DNA of 64,000 nucleotides, taken from contig JAQGDQ010000024.1 of the NCBI GenBank assembly GCA_030141605.1, positions 868,001-932,000 of the forward strand, in the 5' to 3' direction. Of the stretch, positions 54,501-62,998 are shown piece after piece. Source of the DNA: Tubiluchus corallicola (lineage: Eukaryota > Animalia > Priapulida). A model generated the notes under the pieces. That model was not told the DNA's origin. It ran no database searches and worked only from the letters and a program-made list of their open reading frames with translations. Position numbers and translations under genes: made by a program. Positions within the stretch are counted from its first letter, which is position 1. The number at the start of each line of letters is the position of its first letter.

Positions 54501-57500
54501 TCAAATCTGTCTAAAAAGTCCTAGCCATCACACTACTAAAAAAGCCGAACTTGATGTTGCACAAGTTAGTAAATAAAAAACTAATCACCAAAAGGAATGC
54601 TATACACTACAACACGGCAAATGTACTTATTAAACAGAGACCATGCATTCTGTTTGCCAGTATAGGGGGATGCTCCTCGTTGATAGCGTGCATTATATCA
54701 TCACTCAGATCTAAAATGATACAATCACCAAAGCATTAAATCCCAAATGAACATGCTGACTGCACTGCATACTAAATACTAACAAACACAAATTTATAAC
54801 TGTTTGTTGACATTGAAAATGTAAGTTAAAATTTATTATAAAGCTGTTAGTTGCTAGAAAGTTATTATAGTTCAGCAAGGATTTTTTGATTAATAAAATA
54901 AGGGGCTAAACATATTTTTTTATTTAATCATGGTATACAGTTATACATAACTGATTAATAATGCCTTAGGCCGTAATGCACAAAAATACATGTTAAAAAA
55001 TATGATACATGGCTATTAAGTGTTAGTAATGGGTCAACTAAATATTGATGTTAAATTAGTAATACTACATATTTTCAATTGATGAAAAATGATGGGTAGA
55101 TTCTGTATAGTCTTGGATCATTTAAAACAATGTAACAATTTGGCCGTGGTTTAGTTGAGAAGATCCGAAAAGAAATGTCCAAATTTTCAGTTGATTACTC
55201 AAGGTTAATTTATGTGGGTATTTCAGCAGGTGGTTTTACTGTAGTGCTTTAAACTCAGATGATAATACACAAAATTTATATAATTTTATTACAGATTTAC
55301 TCATACTGTCTACATACATTAAGCCTCTGAAAAAGACTACAGTCAAACCTCGTTATACCGCCCCCCCCCCCCCCGTTTTACCGCCAAACTCGTTTATGGC
55401 TTGCAAAATCGCCAGGAAAAAAGCGGGTACATTCAACTACATATAAAAATAACCTGTTATGCCAGCAGGTTCAAGTCTCTGAACTAATGCCAGCGATTTC
55501 TTGATATAAGGCACGCTGTACAAGGCTGCTACATGTCCAGCTGGGTAATGGACAGTGGCTAGGCGTCATGTGTTATATAAAAGAGTGCATTTCATCACGT
55601 TTTGATTGCTAGCAAGCTGCAGCATACATTGTGTGCAGCATCACAATGCATGTACCACGTATTGGCAGGTAGTCACAAGCTGACAAGCAAACACGTTGCT
55701 TTTTTTCACCAGTAACAAATGTGATATTTGCTTGTTTATTAGCATCATTTAAGCAAATCCCAGTGAGAAATTCGTAGTTATGACTCAACTTATGTTTTTT
55801 TACATACAGACATGCTTAATGGAGAAGTTGGCCTACAGTCTAGTATATATGTAGTTGAGTAGAGAATATGTTTATTATGCAAACAAAAAGTTCTTAATAA
55901 ATGTGACTGATTTTCAGTGAGTCATTAAGTCACAAATGATTTTTTTTAATTCGTTAACCTTTAGAGGGAATCTAATCTATGCACACTTGTCCGACTGTTT
56001 TATGACTAATTTATGGCAAAATTTAACACACCTCATTATAACACCAAACTCGCTATTTACCAATTTTTTCCTGCTTCCAAAGTGGGTGGTATAAAGAGGT
56101 TTAACTGTATGTAACACCGGTCACATTTTAAAGCATTGCAACCTACCAGTTACATAGATCACCAAAATAACAAATCACACGAATAATAGTTTACAAAAAC
56201 CCATAAACAGCTGACGATCTACTAAGATCATAAATAATAGTTTTAGTTCATATCATTTTTGTCCTGGGTTGTTCGGCCGAGTGGTTTAGATTTCGAACTG
56301 CAACCATGTCTTGAGTTTAATACTAGTGGTTGCCAACACACGGGTATATAACCTACATGGTATTCTCTATATGTGTGCTGTGTCCTTGCTTGTATTGTTG
56401 TAAGTGTAAGTCGCTAAATAGCCGTTAGTGCTAACATTGTCTGTTAAGTGAGCAACAGTAAATAAATCTTTTCTTTTTGTCTTTGTCTGTCACTGAACTC
56501 TGCACAGCCAAAATTTAATAAGAAATATATCAGCCATTTGACAAACCTCCAATAACCAGATTAGTGCTCTTTTCATCTGACCGGCGTCCAGTGGTACGAC
56601 ATCTGTATTCACCGGCATCGCTACTTCTCACGCCCACAATGCGGAACAAAAACGTAGTGGTACCACTATTTTCCATCACACGAATACGAAATCGGCGATC
56701 AGAGGTTGTGCGTTGATCACCCCTAGTCAGTTCCATTGCATTTGATCCGCGTACTTTCTCCCATGCAGCCTAAAAAAATATGAATCATTTATTACTGCAT
56801 AAAACACAGCAGCTAGGATTACCAAATGCCTAACTCAAACCAATCCACATTTAAACAGAATAACCAACATAGTTTAAATGCGGATTCAATATGGATAAGC
56901 AGCCGAAGAGTAACTATCGATAAGCAGAAAAGTCTGTAAACCCTAATAGAAATTTTATGGTCCAATTAGCAATAATAAAGAAAATTAGTGAGTTTCATTA
57001 TTTACTGTCTATATTTAATTTCAATCAGGTTTTCAGATCTGTTTGGTGGTGGGGGTCCATTATTTCTGTTTCTGAGTTGTCAAAGCATTTCTTTATTAAT
57101 GCTAATTGCATCAATATATATTTTTTGTTTAGGATGTAAATATTTGTCTGATGAAGATGGCATGAAGACAATGACTTCTATTTGAAAGTGCAAAGTGACA
57201 ATAAAAGTTTTAAAAAATATGATTCATTTACTACTGCATAAAAGATAGCAGCCAGCTACACCAAACATTTAAACTCAAACCAATCCAGTTCAAACAAAGG
57301 AACTAACATAGTTTAAATATGGATTCGATCCAGTATTAGAATATACTTATGAAATAGATCCATTAAGGTAATGCGTTATACTGTACTGTACTACAAATGT
57401 CTGGACAAGTTTTTAGCAATTGCTAGTTAATTTACACAAGTATAAATAATGCTTGAGTAATGTTCCAAGAAGCAAATTATCGGAGACAAGTATTCGGATG

Positions 57501-60500
57501 GAAAAACTGGCATTTGTGTCACAGATATGTACTCAGATGGAAAAACTGACATTTGTGAGACAATGAAAATACAGTAGGCACCGGTTAATAGACTCAATCG
57601 CTTAATAGACTCAAAAACACCTGGCACAGGCCATTTCCATTCAAATGTACATAAAAACAGTCTGTAATAGGCTCAAATAACTCCGCATAACTAACTCAAT
57701 ATTTTTGCTTCACATGCTTCAATAAGACACTTTCCTGCGACTAATAAGCTTTTATGACTCTTATATCATCTTAGTTCACATTATGTACTATAATATACGT
57801 AGAAACAACCATGTTGAGTACCGATTTATTTGTAAGCAGGAACGTTTAGCATACGCTTATTATGATAGCCTAATGGCTTGCTTTGACCTACCTGTCCACT
57901 GAAATTAACCACGTTACCTAAGAATTCCTGGAAGCTAAACATCTAACCACTTGCCTAGTGGTTTGCTTTTGAGGCTCTGGCTGTCTTTGCCAGAAAGTTT
58001 CATCAGTTAGACGTTGCTGTTATGCCAGGGATGCAGGTACAGTTTAGTTAGTACATTACGAATACAAGCGGGAGCTTAGGCGAAACTACAGACAAAGCTA
58101 TTTGCAGGAAAACACGGGCACCACCAACAGTTTAAGCACGCCAAGCACTAAGTATTTTATGAGAATATGTGCATCAAACAACAACAGATTTTCAATGTTT
58201 TTATCATTATGAGAACTTTGTGAGCCAACTTCTTTGTGATAAAATGAAAAAAACGACTTTAAAGGAATTTTTGTAACTTTTGCTTGCAAATAAACAGACT
58301 TGTGCATTTTTATAAATTAATATTTTAAAATATTTTTTTTAATTTTTAACTGCACAAAGGAATTTAGGCATTACTTCGTTTCTAAAATTCATTAAAAACT
58401 TTTGCAGTGCATAGTGAGCTGATGACTCATAATTCTATACCAGTAATACTACACCCATCAGTTAATAGGTTAAGTCTTTTAATTGGGTCAAAACACTTCG
58501 GTCCCAAAGTAAGTCTATTAAGCAGCGCCTTATGTAGTAAAAAAATCTAGCGAGTTAGCCCAACTACAAAAATTGTAAAATCTAACAAAGCTTAACGCAC
58601 TGTATCTGATCCAGTTAGGTCCTCTACAACGCATCGCAGAGCAGCTGTGTCACCAACATCTAGAGACTGATCATCACTAATACTGACTATCCTGGCAGCA
58701 GGTGGACCTAAAAAAGAAAAAACACAAATAAAATGACTTTTCACCATTGAAGACTTTCCTTATTAACTGAACCTTTGATGTTACCCAAATGCTTGAATAG
58801 CCATTTCCCATATTGGAATTATAAAATTTACGTTGTTCACTTCAAATGAATTTGACAATTTGACTGCCTAGTTAACACTAATTTTAAACATTTTTCAGTT
58901 AGATACATGAAAAGGTTATACATCTGAATTTAAATAATTAGTAAACTAAAAGCTAATAGATTGCAGTTGCAGCTATCATTTAAAGCATAATGGTTTTCGC
59001 CAGTTCAGTCATTATCATTACATTAACAATAAAATAATAGCAAAATCAGAATTTAAGCTATAATTGTATCAATCATGGAGTTAACTGTAGCAATTTGAAA
59101 AGCAAAACTAGAACAGTAGTAAATATATATAAACTATGAACAACAGTTAAGACATAGCTGAAAAAATGACAATTCAATGAGAATGCAGTTAGGAAAAAAC
59201 TGCGAATTATTTGATAGCACCAACAACGAACACTAGGTATGATAAGTTATTAACTAGTGACAATGTACATAGAAAAAATGTCTAAATATTAATCACTTGC
59301 ATTATGACCACTCGTGTGCAAGCCTAACAGCAGGTTTTACAAATTCAGATCATAGTTATCCAGAAAGAAAATTGTGCTGCACAAAAACTATAAAAAGTCC
59401 AAATTTTTATTTGAAAGTATTGCCAGCTAAAATGATATAACTAAGTTTAAGTTTATAATTTTGACTTTTTAAATCATAAATCACGAGACTAACGTCATTC
59501 TAACCCAAACATAGGTCGTAATCTGAATTTTAGGGGGAGCATACATTCATTGCAGCACTTACACCATACTGTGCATTAGTTATCTAAGTAATTTAGGACA
59601 CCAACAAAACGAATATGCCCCATCATACATTAATGAAAAGGTAAAAGGAATTAAAGGTAAACCAGATAGATGCAAAAATAACATTGTTACCATATCATAC
59701 TAATGACACATTCATAAGTAATTTAATGCTGAGATTTCTTATTAATATTTTTTATGTTTGCAATACTTTGCTATAACAGAGACGGACATCATTCTCTTAT
59801 AAGTTATAATTATTATATTTATTTACACAGGCAAACTAATTGGTTCAAGAAAAAAAATTGCGTTTTATTGGTAAGCAGTACGAGTTTTGTCTGGCATGCA
59901 GCATATTTTGAGTGAAATTTAAGATGTAAACACTGGCCTACTGTACAGTTTGACTTAAAAAAACCTTCATTTACACTTTTTTTCATAATAAAAGTTGTCA
60001 GTACTCTTTTGGTAAAACATTATCAAGAAATACGGGGAAAACAGAATTTAAATTCGAAGTACGAATGTTCAATAACTTCCACAAAAAATCACTCGCACTT
60101 CTCTTAAATCTTTCACAAATTCACATTACAAAACAATTAATCGTTCAACTCATAAAACAAACTAAACTCATTCTACAATCAGCAACAACTTCTACTGGTT
60201 GCAAATGCACTTTCATATTAGGCAGCAATAAGTCTCAGGAAGAAATACAACATGAAACTAACAAAAAGGCTGGAGAATCGTTTTTGCTCAAACCTTGACA
60301 GACACTACTACACTGTTCTTCAGTTCTGAAGTTGTTGTCATTGCCACCACAGCCACCATAAATAAACTGTTTGCACTTCTCCTCTTCTGAATCATAATAC
60401 CACCTCCGATTCAACGCAAAACAGTCACCAGGATCAGCCTCTTGCAAACACACGTCATCATCTACAAGTGGAATAAACTTTAGTAGACAAGTTTTTTTAC

Positions 60501-62501
60501 AATACTTACTGCTAACAAGTAATTTTCTCTCTACTTGCCTTTCCAAAATTTATCCCAGCCCTTACGTAGGAAATGCCTCTAATATCTAGAATCTGCAAGA
60601 ATATCACCCCATTTCCATTTCTTAGAATTTCAAAAAAGAAAAACATCCCTTCACCTCTCTGGTATGGCGCTACCATGCAGAGAGATTGCAATGCTCTTGA
60701 CAAAATTATTAAATCAGCCACAAAAATTGTAGCAATTGAACAGCAATCTATGGCATATTAGTATGAAACTAGAGTCGTAGAATGAGCACAAGTTATCATG
60801 AAAGATAAATTCCATTCAGGTAATAAATACTTTGAAATACTACCCTCTGGTTGTAGATACAGCTCAATTAATGCTAAAACTACATGAACTTTAAATTCTT
60901 TCTATCCCGTTGCAATTCGCACCCCATCAACAGTAAATTTCAGTAATTCTCCAGTGTTGACTTTCTATGTCACTGTACAACTGACTGAATTACTTGTGTT
61001 AATCTATTTGTTGTTTCCATAAGTTATTGCAGTACGTAAAACTACATAAATTTTGTTGTATGTATTATGCTATAATGACAATAAATTGCTTGCTATTACT
61101 ATTACTATTACTCTATTCTTAAAGATATCTTACATTGTGATCTCTACTAATGCTATTAAACACCATGTACCACTTATACGAAGGTCAGTTGTGTCTTCAA
61201 TAGTTCCTTGTGATGTAATAGTTATACAGCGGTATGTGCCTTCATCATCAGCATTAATTTCAGTGATAGTAAGCACAAAAGTGATCTCATTGGTTTCCTC
61301 GTCTTTAATATCACGCACGCTCACTCTGCCATCTGTAGTAGCAACAAGGTTATTGACAGTGAGAACTCTCTCATCGTTATCTTCAATCTTCTCCCAAGAT
61401 GCCTGTCCAATAATATAAAAGAATAATGAATTTCAAATGCATTACGATCCAACACAGCTGTAGCAAAGCTTAGATCTACGCGAAAAATCTCTACATTTTC
61501 TCAACATTTCTACTTAAAATATGTTAAAATGGCGAAAATACTAAACCACATTATTATGATAAAATTAAATCAAACACAAAAACTGACAAGAGCCTGAATA
61601 GTTTGAACAGAAAACAATGTACATTAATGTCTTACATCATTGTTCCCAAGGTTACGGAATGTGCATTCCATGCTGACATCTTGGCCCTCAGCTACTGTTT
61701 GATCAGAAGATATATCCGCTATTGTTGGATTTGCCTCTGTAATGTCAGACAAAGAATCACGAAGACGATCTGAAATGTGCACACAGCAACAAAGCTAAAA
61801 CAAGGAACATCCACTGCACAGTATAAAATAATTTGATTAAATGTTTATTTTTAAAAAAATATTATAAATTTCAAGCCAGAAAGTACAAATAGCAAGAAAG
61901 TGATGTTTTGGATTCACAGTTCAGACAATGGCTCAGGTAGCTTATAACAAGTGTAAATTTTATGCCATGGTAAGGCTGATTTTAGAGCTGAATTAAAATT
62001 TGCTCTACAAATGCACAACTTTTTAGTTTTTCACCGAAATTTTAACGAGCAAATGCTGATTTGGACAGAACAAGCATACATGCACATTCATAATGAATTT
62101 AGACTTTCTTTCTTTCCGAGAAGAAATCCATTTAAATTCTCATTTGTGCTTGCATTAATGAAAATATTTAACAATAATGTACATTTCTAATTGTCATTTT
62201 CAGACAACAGCAGATGAGTAATTAATTTGTTGTTAATGTTAATGTTAATATTTTTTTAATGTTAATACTAATGTTAACTGTTGAACAGTTTAAATGGTTT
62301 GAACAGCCTGTGCACAGCTATGAAAAAATTCATTCATAAATGCAGCTATGGTAATTAGAGTTTTTGCTAGATTCCAAATAAAAAACTAGAACCCCGTAAT
62401 TAGAAACATCAAGTTCCGTATGAATTTGCTAAGTAAGCAAAATTTTTACCAAAGCTTAGTTAAAAAATGTGGAACAGTTATTCAAATTTACGAGTTTTAC
62501 A

Positions 62502-62551
<50 letters not shown>

Positions 62552-62998
62552 CGGTTTAACACACTGCGAGTATCCAGCACCAAATAGCAAAGCCTGCTCC
62601 TTATGCTACTGTGGCCTGACAAGAACCTAGCACATCGTCAAGAAATGTACCTCCAAGATGTAACATTTAACTGGTAAAGGTGTCCTAGCTATGTTTGGAT
62701 AAATACACAGCCACAGTCAACAGAATTATTGATAAAATCCATTTAATCTAAATTTAAATCAACAAAGTTTACCAGTAATAGTGACTTGCACAACATCCGA
62801 GGACGGATTAGAATCAGTACTGATGCATCTGTACGTTGACTCATCTGAACTGTCAGCAGCTTCAATCAATAGTACAAATACATCATCATTGCCTTCCTCT
62901 TCTATGAAAACATCAATGTTTCTTGCAGATGTCATAACTCTGTCTCCTTCTGTCAGGGTCTGATAGGAACCAGACGTTCTCTGCTTCTGCCAGCGAAT
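30321..62998 (-). CDS. Multi-exon gene (22 coding exons in window, 5'-incomplete): Ig/Kunitz/CASPR-type fibrinogen-like mosaic cell-surface protein, probably GPI-anchored
   Basis: Manual splicing gives 22 GT-AG exons with compatible phases, summing to 3366 nt (1121 aa + stop). Recognisable Ig (W...D.G.Y.C), Kunitz (6-Cys, YGGC.GN.NNF) and CASPR/NrxIV fibrinogen-like motifs (IDPDG, CNCD, FGDTG, LGPLRC). Confidence 0.9.
31030..31187 (-). CDS. Host exon: fibrinogen-like domain 2, part e (CNCDVN...DSGLLNDKDLLPV...FGDTG...LGPLRCYD)
   Basis: ttatag acceptor, gtaaga donor; 158 nt, phase 2-1. Confidence 0.9.
31526..31645 (-). CDS. Host exon: fibrinogen-like domain 2, part d (YAWWVGRDG...NWGGAPSGTEECGC...SC)
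   Basis: tttatag acceptor, gtaaat donor; 120 nt, phase 2-2. Confidence 0.9.
32144..32258 (-). CDS. Host exon: fibrinogen-like domain 2, part c (ASMDQIISLIEASRTCDQFIRYEC)
   Basis: atgcag acceptor, gtaagt donor; 115 nt, phase 1-2. Confidence 0.88.
32623..32715 (-). CDS. Host exon: fibrinogen-like domain 2, part b (TLVHHYSEDC...PGSY...VTYK)
   Basis: ctttag acceptor, G|gtatgt donor; 93 nt, phase 1-1. Confidence 0.87.
33644..33769 (-). CDS. Host exon: fibrinogen-like domain 2, part a (YTTCSAM...SGIYYIDPDGPGGLDKFKVEC)
   Basis: ttttag acceptor, G|gtaaga donor; 126 nt, phase 1-1. Confidence 0.9.
34724..34843 (-). CDS. Host exon: Ser/Thr-rich linker (PYNPRRSC...STTTETSVSTT)
   Basis: ttaacag acceptor, G|gttggc donor; 120 nt, phase 1-1. 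The PY....C segment matches the start of the last exon. Confidence 0.75.
35052..35206 (-). CDS. Host exon: fibrinogen-like domain 1, part e (CNCDANQNMWTEDSG...FGDTG...LGPLRCYK)
   Basis: gtaacag acceptor, G|gtgggt donor; 155 nt, phase 2-1. Confidence 0.88.
36400..37341 (+). CDS. Intronless class A (rhodopsin-like) GPCR, nested copy 1 (313 aa from ATG 36400)
   Basis: Seven hydrophobic segments; TM2 LSCTD, TM3 AFDRY...RPLHY, TM5 Y, TM7 NP; N-terminal NxS/T sites. Confidence 0.93.
   Translation: MNTSLNFTLGESHLTLYMGLHYSENSNRFLCAVQILMGIFSIIINTLIIIALKNSEAMTEPSHKIIISLSCTDLLNGVLVATSTIFYFVHNDKLCLTLSYLMCLTLCQCSNNVMLIAFDRYVSITRPLHYYQIVTEKRMVVMIFVSWIFAFLIPSLSMTVFKRISIFEECRIFFFVVDGTHRLCFVVAILLLVFIFVVYIQLWIIVRRHRSRIQSEHSGGYAAQLKRHLSDAKPFLIILGAFFIFSCPMLIAVALAMFNVHYQKFDITAVLMFYIGNAANPIFTIQDKRVKSAVKQCFNRWIQCKYGSQNGQQ
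39427..40374 (+). CDS. Intronless class A GPCR, nested copy 2 (315 aa)
   Basis: Intact ORF, close paralog of copy 1. Confidence 0.93.
   Translation: MNTSLNFTLTESNLTLYTGLHYSEKSIQVLCAVQILMGTFSIIINTLIITSLKNSEAMTEPSHKIIISLSCTDLLNGVLVATSTTFYYVHNDKLCLTLSYLMCLTLCQCSNNVMLIAFDRYVSITRPLHYYQIVTEKRIVVMILVSWIFAFLIPSLSLTIFKRTSISEECRIFFIVKDVIHRLCFAVVILLFLAIFAVYIQVWIIVRRHSRSRIHSEHSGGYAAQLKKHLSIAKPFLIVLGIFFIFTCPMIIAYALAMFNVHYQKFDMAVVLTFYIGTAANPIFTIQDKKVKSAVKQRLTRWMQKCKYGSQCEQQ
41521..42030 (+). pseudogene. Truncated chimeric GPCR copy 3 (TM1-TM4 only, DRY changed to DKY)
   Basis: Homology stops at ...TTTGAAG (about 42025) and runs into a 42-bp repeat that supplies the stop. Confidence 0.88.
42025..42176. 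repeat. 42-bp tandem repeat, about 3.6 copies, derived from the GPCR 5' flank
   Basis: GCTTAAGCTTCCATCAACACAAGAATATCATTAGGCTCATGA-like units at 42025, 42067, 42109 and 42151; single copy at about 39270-39318. Confidence 0.9.
42286..43233 (+). CDS. Intronless class A GPCR, nested copy 4 (315 aa)
   Basis: Intact ORF; near-identical to copy 2, including about 1 kb of 3' flank. Confidence 0.93.
   Translation: MNTSLNFTLTESNLTLYTELHYSEKSIQFLCAVQILMGTFSIIINTLIITSLKNSEAMTEPSHKIIISLSCTDLLNGVLVATSTAFYFVHNDKLCLILSYLICLTLCQCCNNAMLIAFDRYVSITRPLHYYQIVTEKRMVVMILVSWIFAFLTPSLSLTTFKRTSISEECRIFFIIKDVIHKLCFVVAILLFLAIFAVYIQVWIIVRRHSRSRIHSEHSDGYTGQLKKHLSDAKPFLIVLSIFFIFTCPMIIAYALAMFNVHYQKFDMAAVLTFYLGTAANPIFTIQDKKVKSAVKQRLTRWMQKCKYGSQSEQQ
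44555..45481 (+). CDS. Intronless class A GPCR, nested copy 5 (308 aa; C-tail altered by 1-nt frameshift)
   Basis: Homologous ATG at 44555; seven TMs intact. The ancestral tail (CKNDSQNGQQ*) continues in another frame to about 45503. Confidence 0.88.
   Translation: MNTSLNFTLAESSLRLYTELHYSENSIQFLCAVQILTGTFSIIINTLIITSLKNSEALTEPSHKIIISLSCTDLLNGVLVATSTTFYYVHNEKLCLTLSYLICLTLCQCSNNVMLIAFDRYVSITRPLHYYQIVTEKRMVVVILASWIFAFLIPSLSMTVLKRTSSFEECRIFYIVEDGTHRLCFAVVILLFLVIFVVYIRMWIIVRRHSRSRIQSELSGKYAAQLKKHLSIAKPFLIVLGIFFIFKCPMIIAMALAMFNVHYQKFDIAAVLMFYIGTAANPIFTIQDKRVKCAVKQCLTRWIKKMQK
46437..47759. mobile_element. Non-autonomous hAT-like DNA transposon
   Basis: Imperfect TIRs (CAGTGTTGTAGTACTCAAGTCT vs reverse-complemented CAGTATTATTATATTCAAGTCT); 8-bp TSD attaagac/attaagaa; subterminal GACTCGA/GACTTG repeats at both ends. 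Confidence 0.8.
47825..48725 (+). pseudogene. Old, degenerate GPCR pseudogene of the same family (copy 6)
   Basis: Frameshifted and stop-containing remnants: NIMILIALDEY vs NVMLIAFDRY; RQTSVAKAFLLIL vs KHLSIAKPFLIVL; FMGATVNPSFAIQNKEIKSVLK vs YIGTAANPIFTIQDKKVKSAVK. Confidence 0.82.
48840..48950 (-). CDS. Host exon: fibrinogen-like domain 1, part d (FWKSYDGKQQQSWAGA...CPCFENDTC)
   Basis: gctcag acceptor, AG|gtaaat donor; 111 nt, phase 2-2; followed by the 13.6-kb intron. Confidence 0.87.
49362..49476 (-). CDS. Host exon: fibrinogen-like domain 1, part c (IDQIRSLVKHSDFCDQYLRYECQSS)
   Basis: tttatag acceptor, AG|gtatga donor; 115 nt, phase 1-2. Confidence 0.87.
49696..49794 (-). CDS. Host exon: fibrinogen-like domain 1, part b (TTIHHSAENCELVDGYEAAGSYSKNIIYD)
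   Basis: ttttcag acceptor, G|gtatta donor; 99 nt, phase 1-1. Confidence 0.85.
50698..50865 (-). CDS. Host exon: Kunitz/BPTI domain 2 (P1 = Phe), lying between parts a and b of fibrinogen-like domain 1
   Basis: CHQEADPGPCFALFRRWYFDAEENECKRFVYGGCDGNDNNFETEKECKAAC; ttgcag acceptor, G|gtttgt donor; 168 nt, phase 1-1. Confidence 0.92.
51529..51642 (-). CDS. Host exon: fibrinogen-like domain 1, part a (YSSCDEM...GMYMIDSDGDGGLPPFLASC)
   Basis: tttatag acceptor, gtatgt donor; 114 nt, phase 1-1; homologous to exon 33644-33769. Confidence 0.87.
52284..52586 (-). CDS. Host exon: Ig I/C2-set domain resembling lachesin/amalgam Ig3 (CTVQANPRPKIMW...DFGLYYCEAENNKG)
   Basis: tttcag acceptor, G|gtaagt donor; 303 nt, phase 1-1. 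Confidence 0.9.
52698..52813 (-). CDS. Host exon: second half of short Ig domain (VSKDDAGEYTCFATDGVG...VLNVE)
   Basis: cttatag acceptor, gtaagt donor; 116 nt, phase 2-1. Confidence 0.85.
52982..53206. repeat. 112-bp tandem duplication in host intron
   Basis: CAGCAACTTAGGTATACTT... at 52982 and 53094. Confidence 0.88.
53331..53460 (-). CDS. Host exon: first half of short Ig (C2/I-type) domain, contains RGD (AQLLCDIERGDDTFIYWQRNG)
   Basis: tttcag acceptor, AG|gtagat donor; 130 nt, phase 1-2; not in ORF track. Confidence 0.83.
55340..56107. mobile_element. Tc1/mariner (pogo/Tigger-like) MITE
   Basis: TA|CAGTCAAACCTCGTTATACCGCC ... GGTGGTATAAAGAGGTTTAACTG|TA; TIRs with TA TSD. Confidence 0.8.
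56266..56460 (+). mobile_element. Possible tRNA-derived SINE remnant
   Basis: A-box-like CGGCCGAGTGG and B-box-like GAGTTTAATAC at tRNA-like spacing; a similar remnant lies at about 24435-24510. Confidence 0.35.
56547..56769 (-). CDS. Host exon: second half of Ig V-type domain, contains RGD (AAWEK...TRGDQ...DAGEYRC)
   Basis: tttttag acceptor, G|gtttgt donor; 223 nt, phase 0-1. Confidence 0.87.
57572..58534. mobile_element. Second Tc1/mariner (pogo/Tigger-like) MITE, more degenerate
   Basis: TA|CAGTAGGCACCGGTTAATAGACT ... AGTCTATTAAGCAGCGCCTTATG|TA. Confidence 0.65.
58601..58707 (-). CDS. Host exon: first half of Ig V-type domain (RIVSISDDQSLDVGDTAALRCVVEDL)
   Basis: tttttag acceptor, gtgcgt donor; 107 nt, phase 1-0; not in ORF track. 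Confidence 0.85.
60294..60461 (-). CDS. Host exon: Kunitz/BPTI domain 1 (P1 = Phe)
   Basis: CLQEADPGDCFALNRRWYYDSEEEKCKQFIYGGCGGNDNNFRTEEQCSSVC; 168 nt, phase 1-1. Confidence 0.92.
60600..60780 (+). mobile_element. Short non-LTR retrotransposon remnant (Rex1/L2-like C-terminal segment)
   Basis: LWYGATMQRDCNALDKIIKSATKIV resembles the WYG...D...L.++K.A.KI segment of such ORF2 proteins. Confidence 0.5.
61171..61402 (-). CDS. Host exon: second half of Ig V-type domain (ASWEK...LTITEINADDEGTYRC)
   Basis: ggacag acceptor, G|gtacat donor; 232 nt, phase 0-1. Confidence 0.85.
61636..61769 (-). CDS. Host exon: first half of Ig V-type domain (PTIADISSDQTVAEGQDVSMECTFRNLGNND)
   Basis: tttcag acceptor, gtaaga donor; 134 nt, phase 1-0; not in ORF track. 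An in-frame alternative acceptor (cattacag) lies about 33 nt inside. Confidence 0.85.
62505..62552. repeat. (GT)n microsatellite with (GC) interruption
   Basis: Direct inspection. Confidence 0.9.
62773..62998 (-). CDS. Host exon: second half of Ig V-type domain (IRWQKQ...DESTYRC...VTIT)
   Basis: tttcag acceptor, G|gtaaac donor; 226 nt, phase 0-1. The first half of this Ig was not found in the window. Confidence 0.85.

Noticed and set aside
54625-54710. Possible extra phase-1 linker exon (DLSDDIMHAINEEHPPILANRMH)
   Set aside because: The acceptor is good but the donors are weak, and the model is complete without it; RNA evidence is needed.
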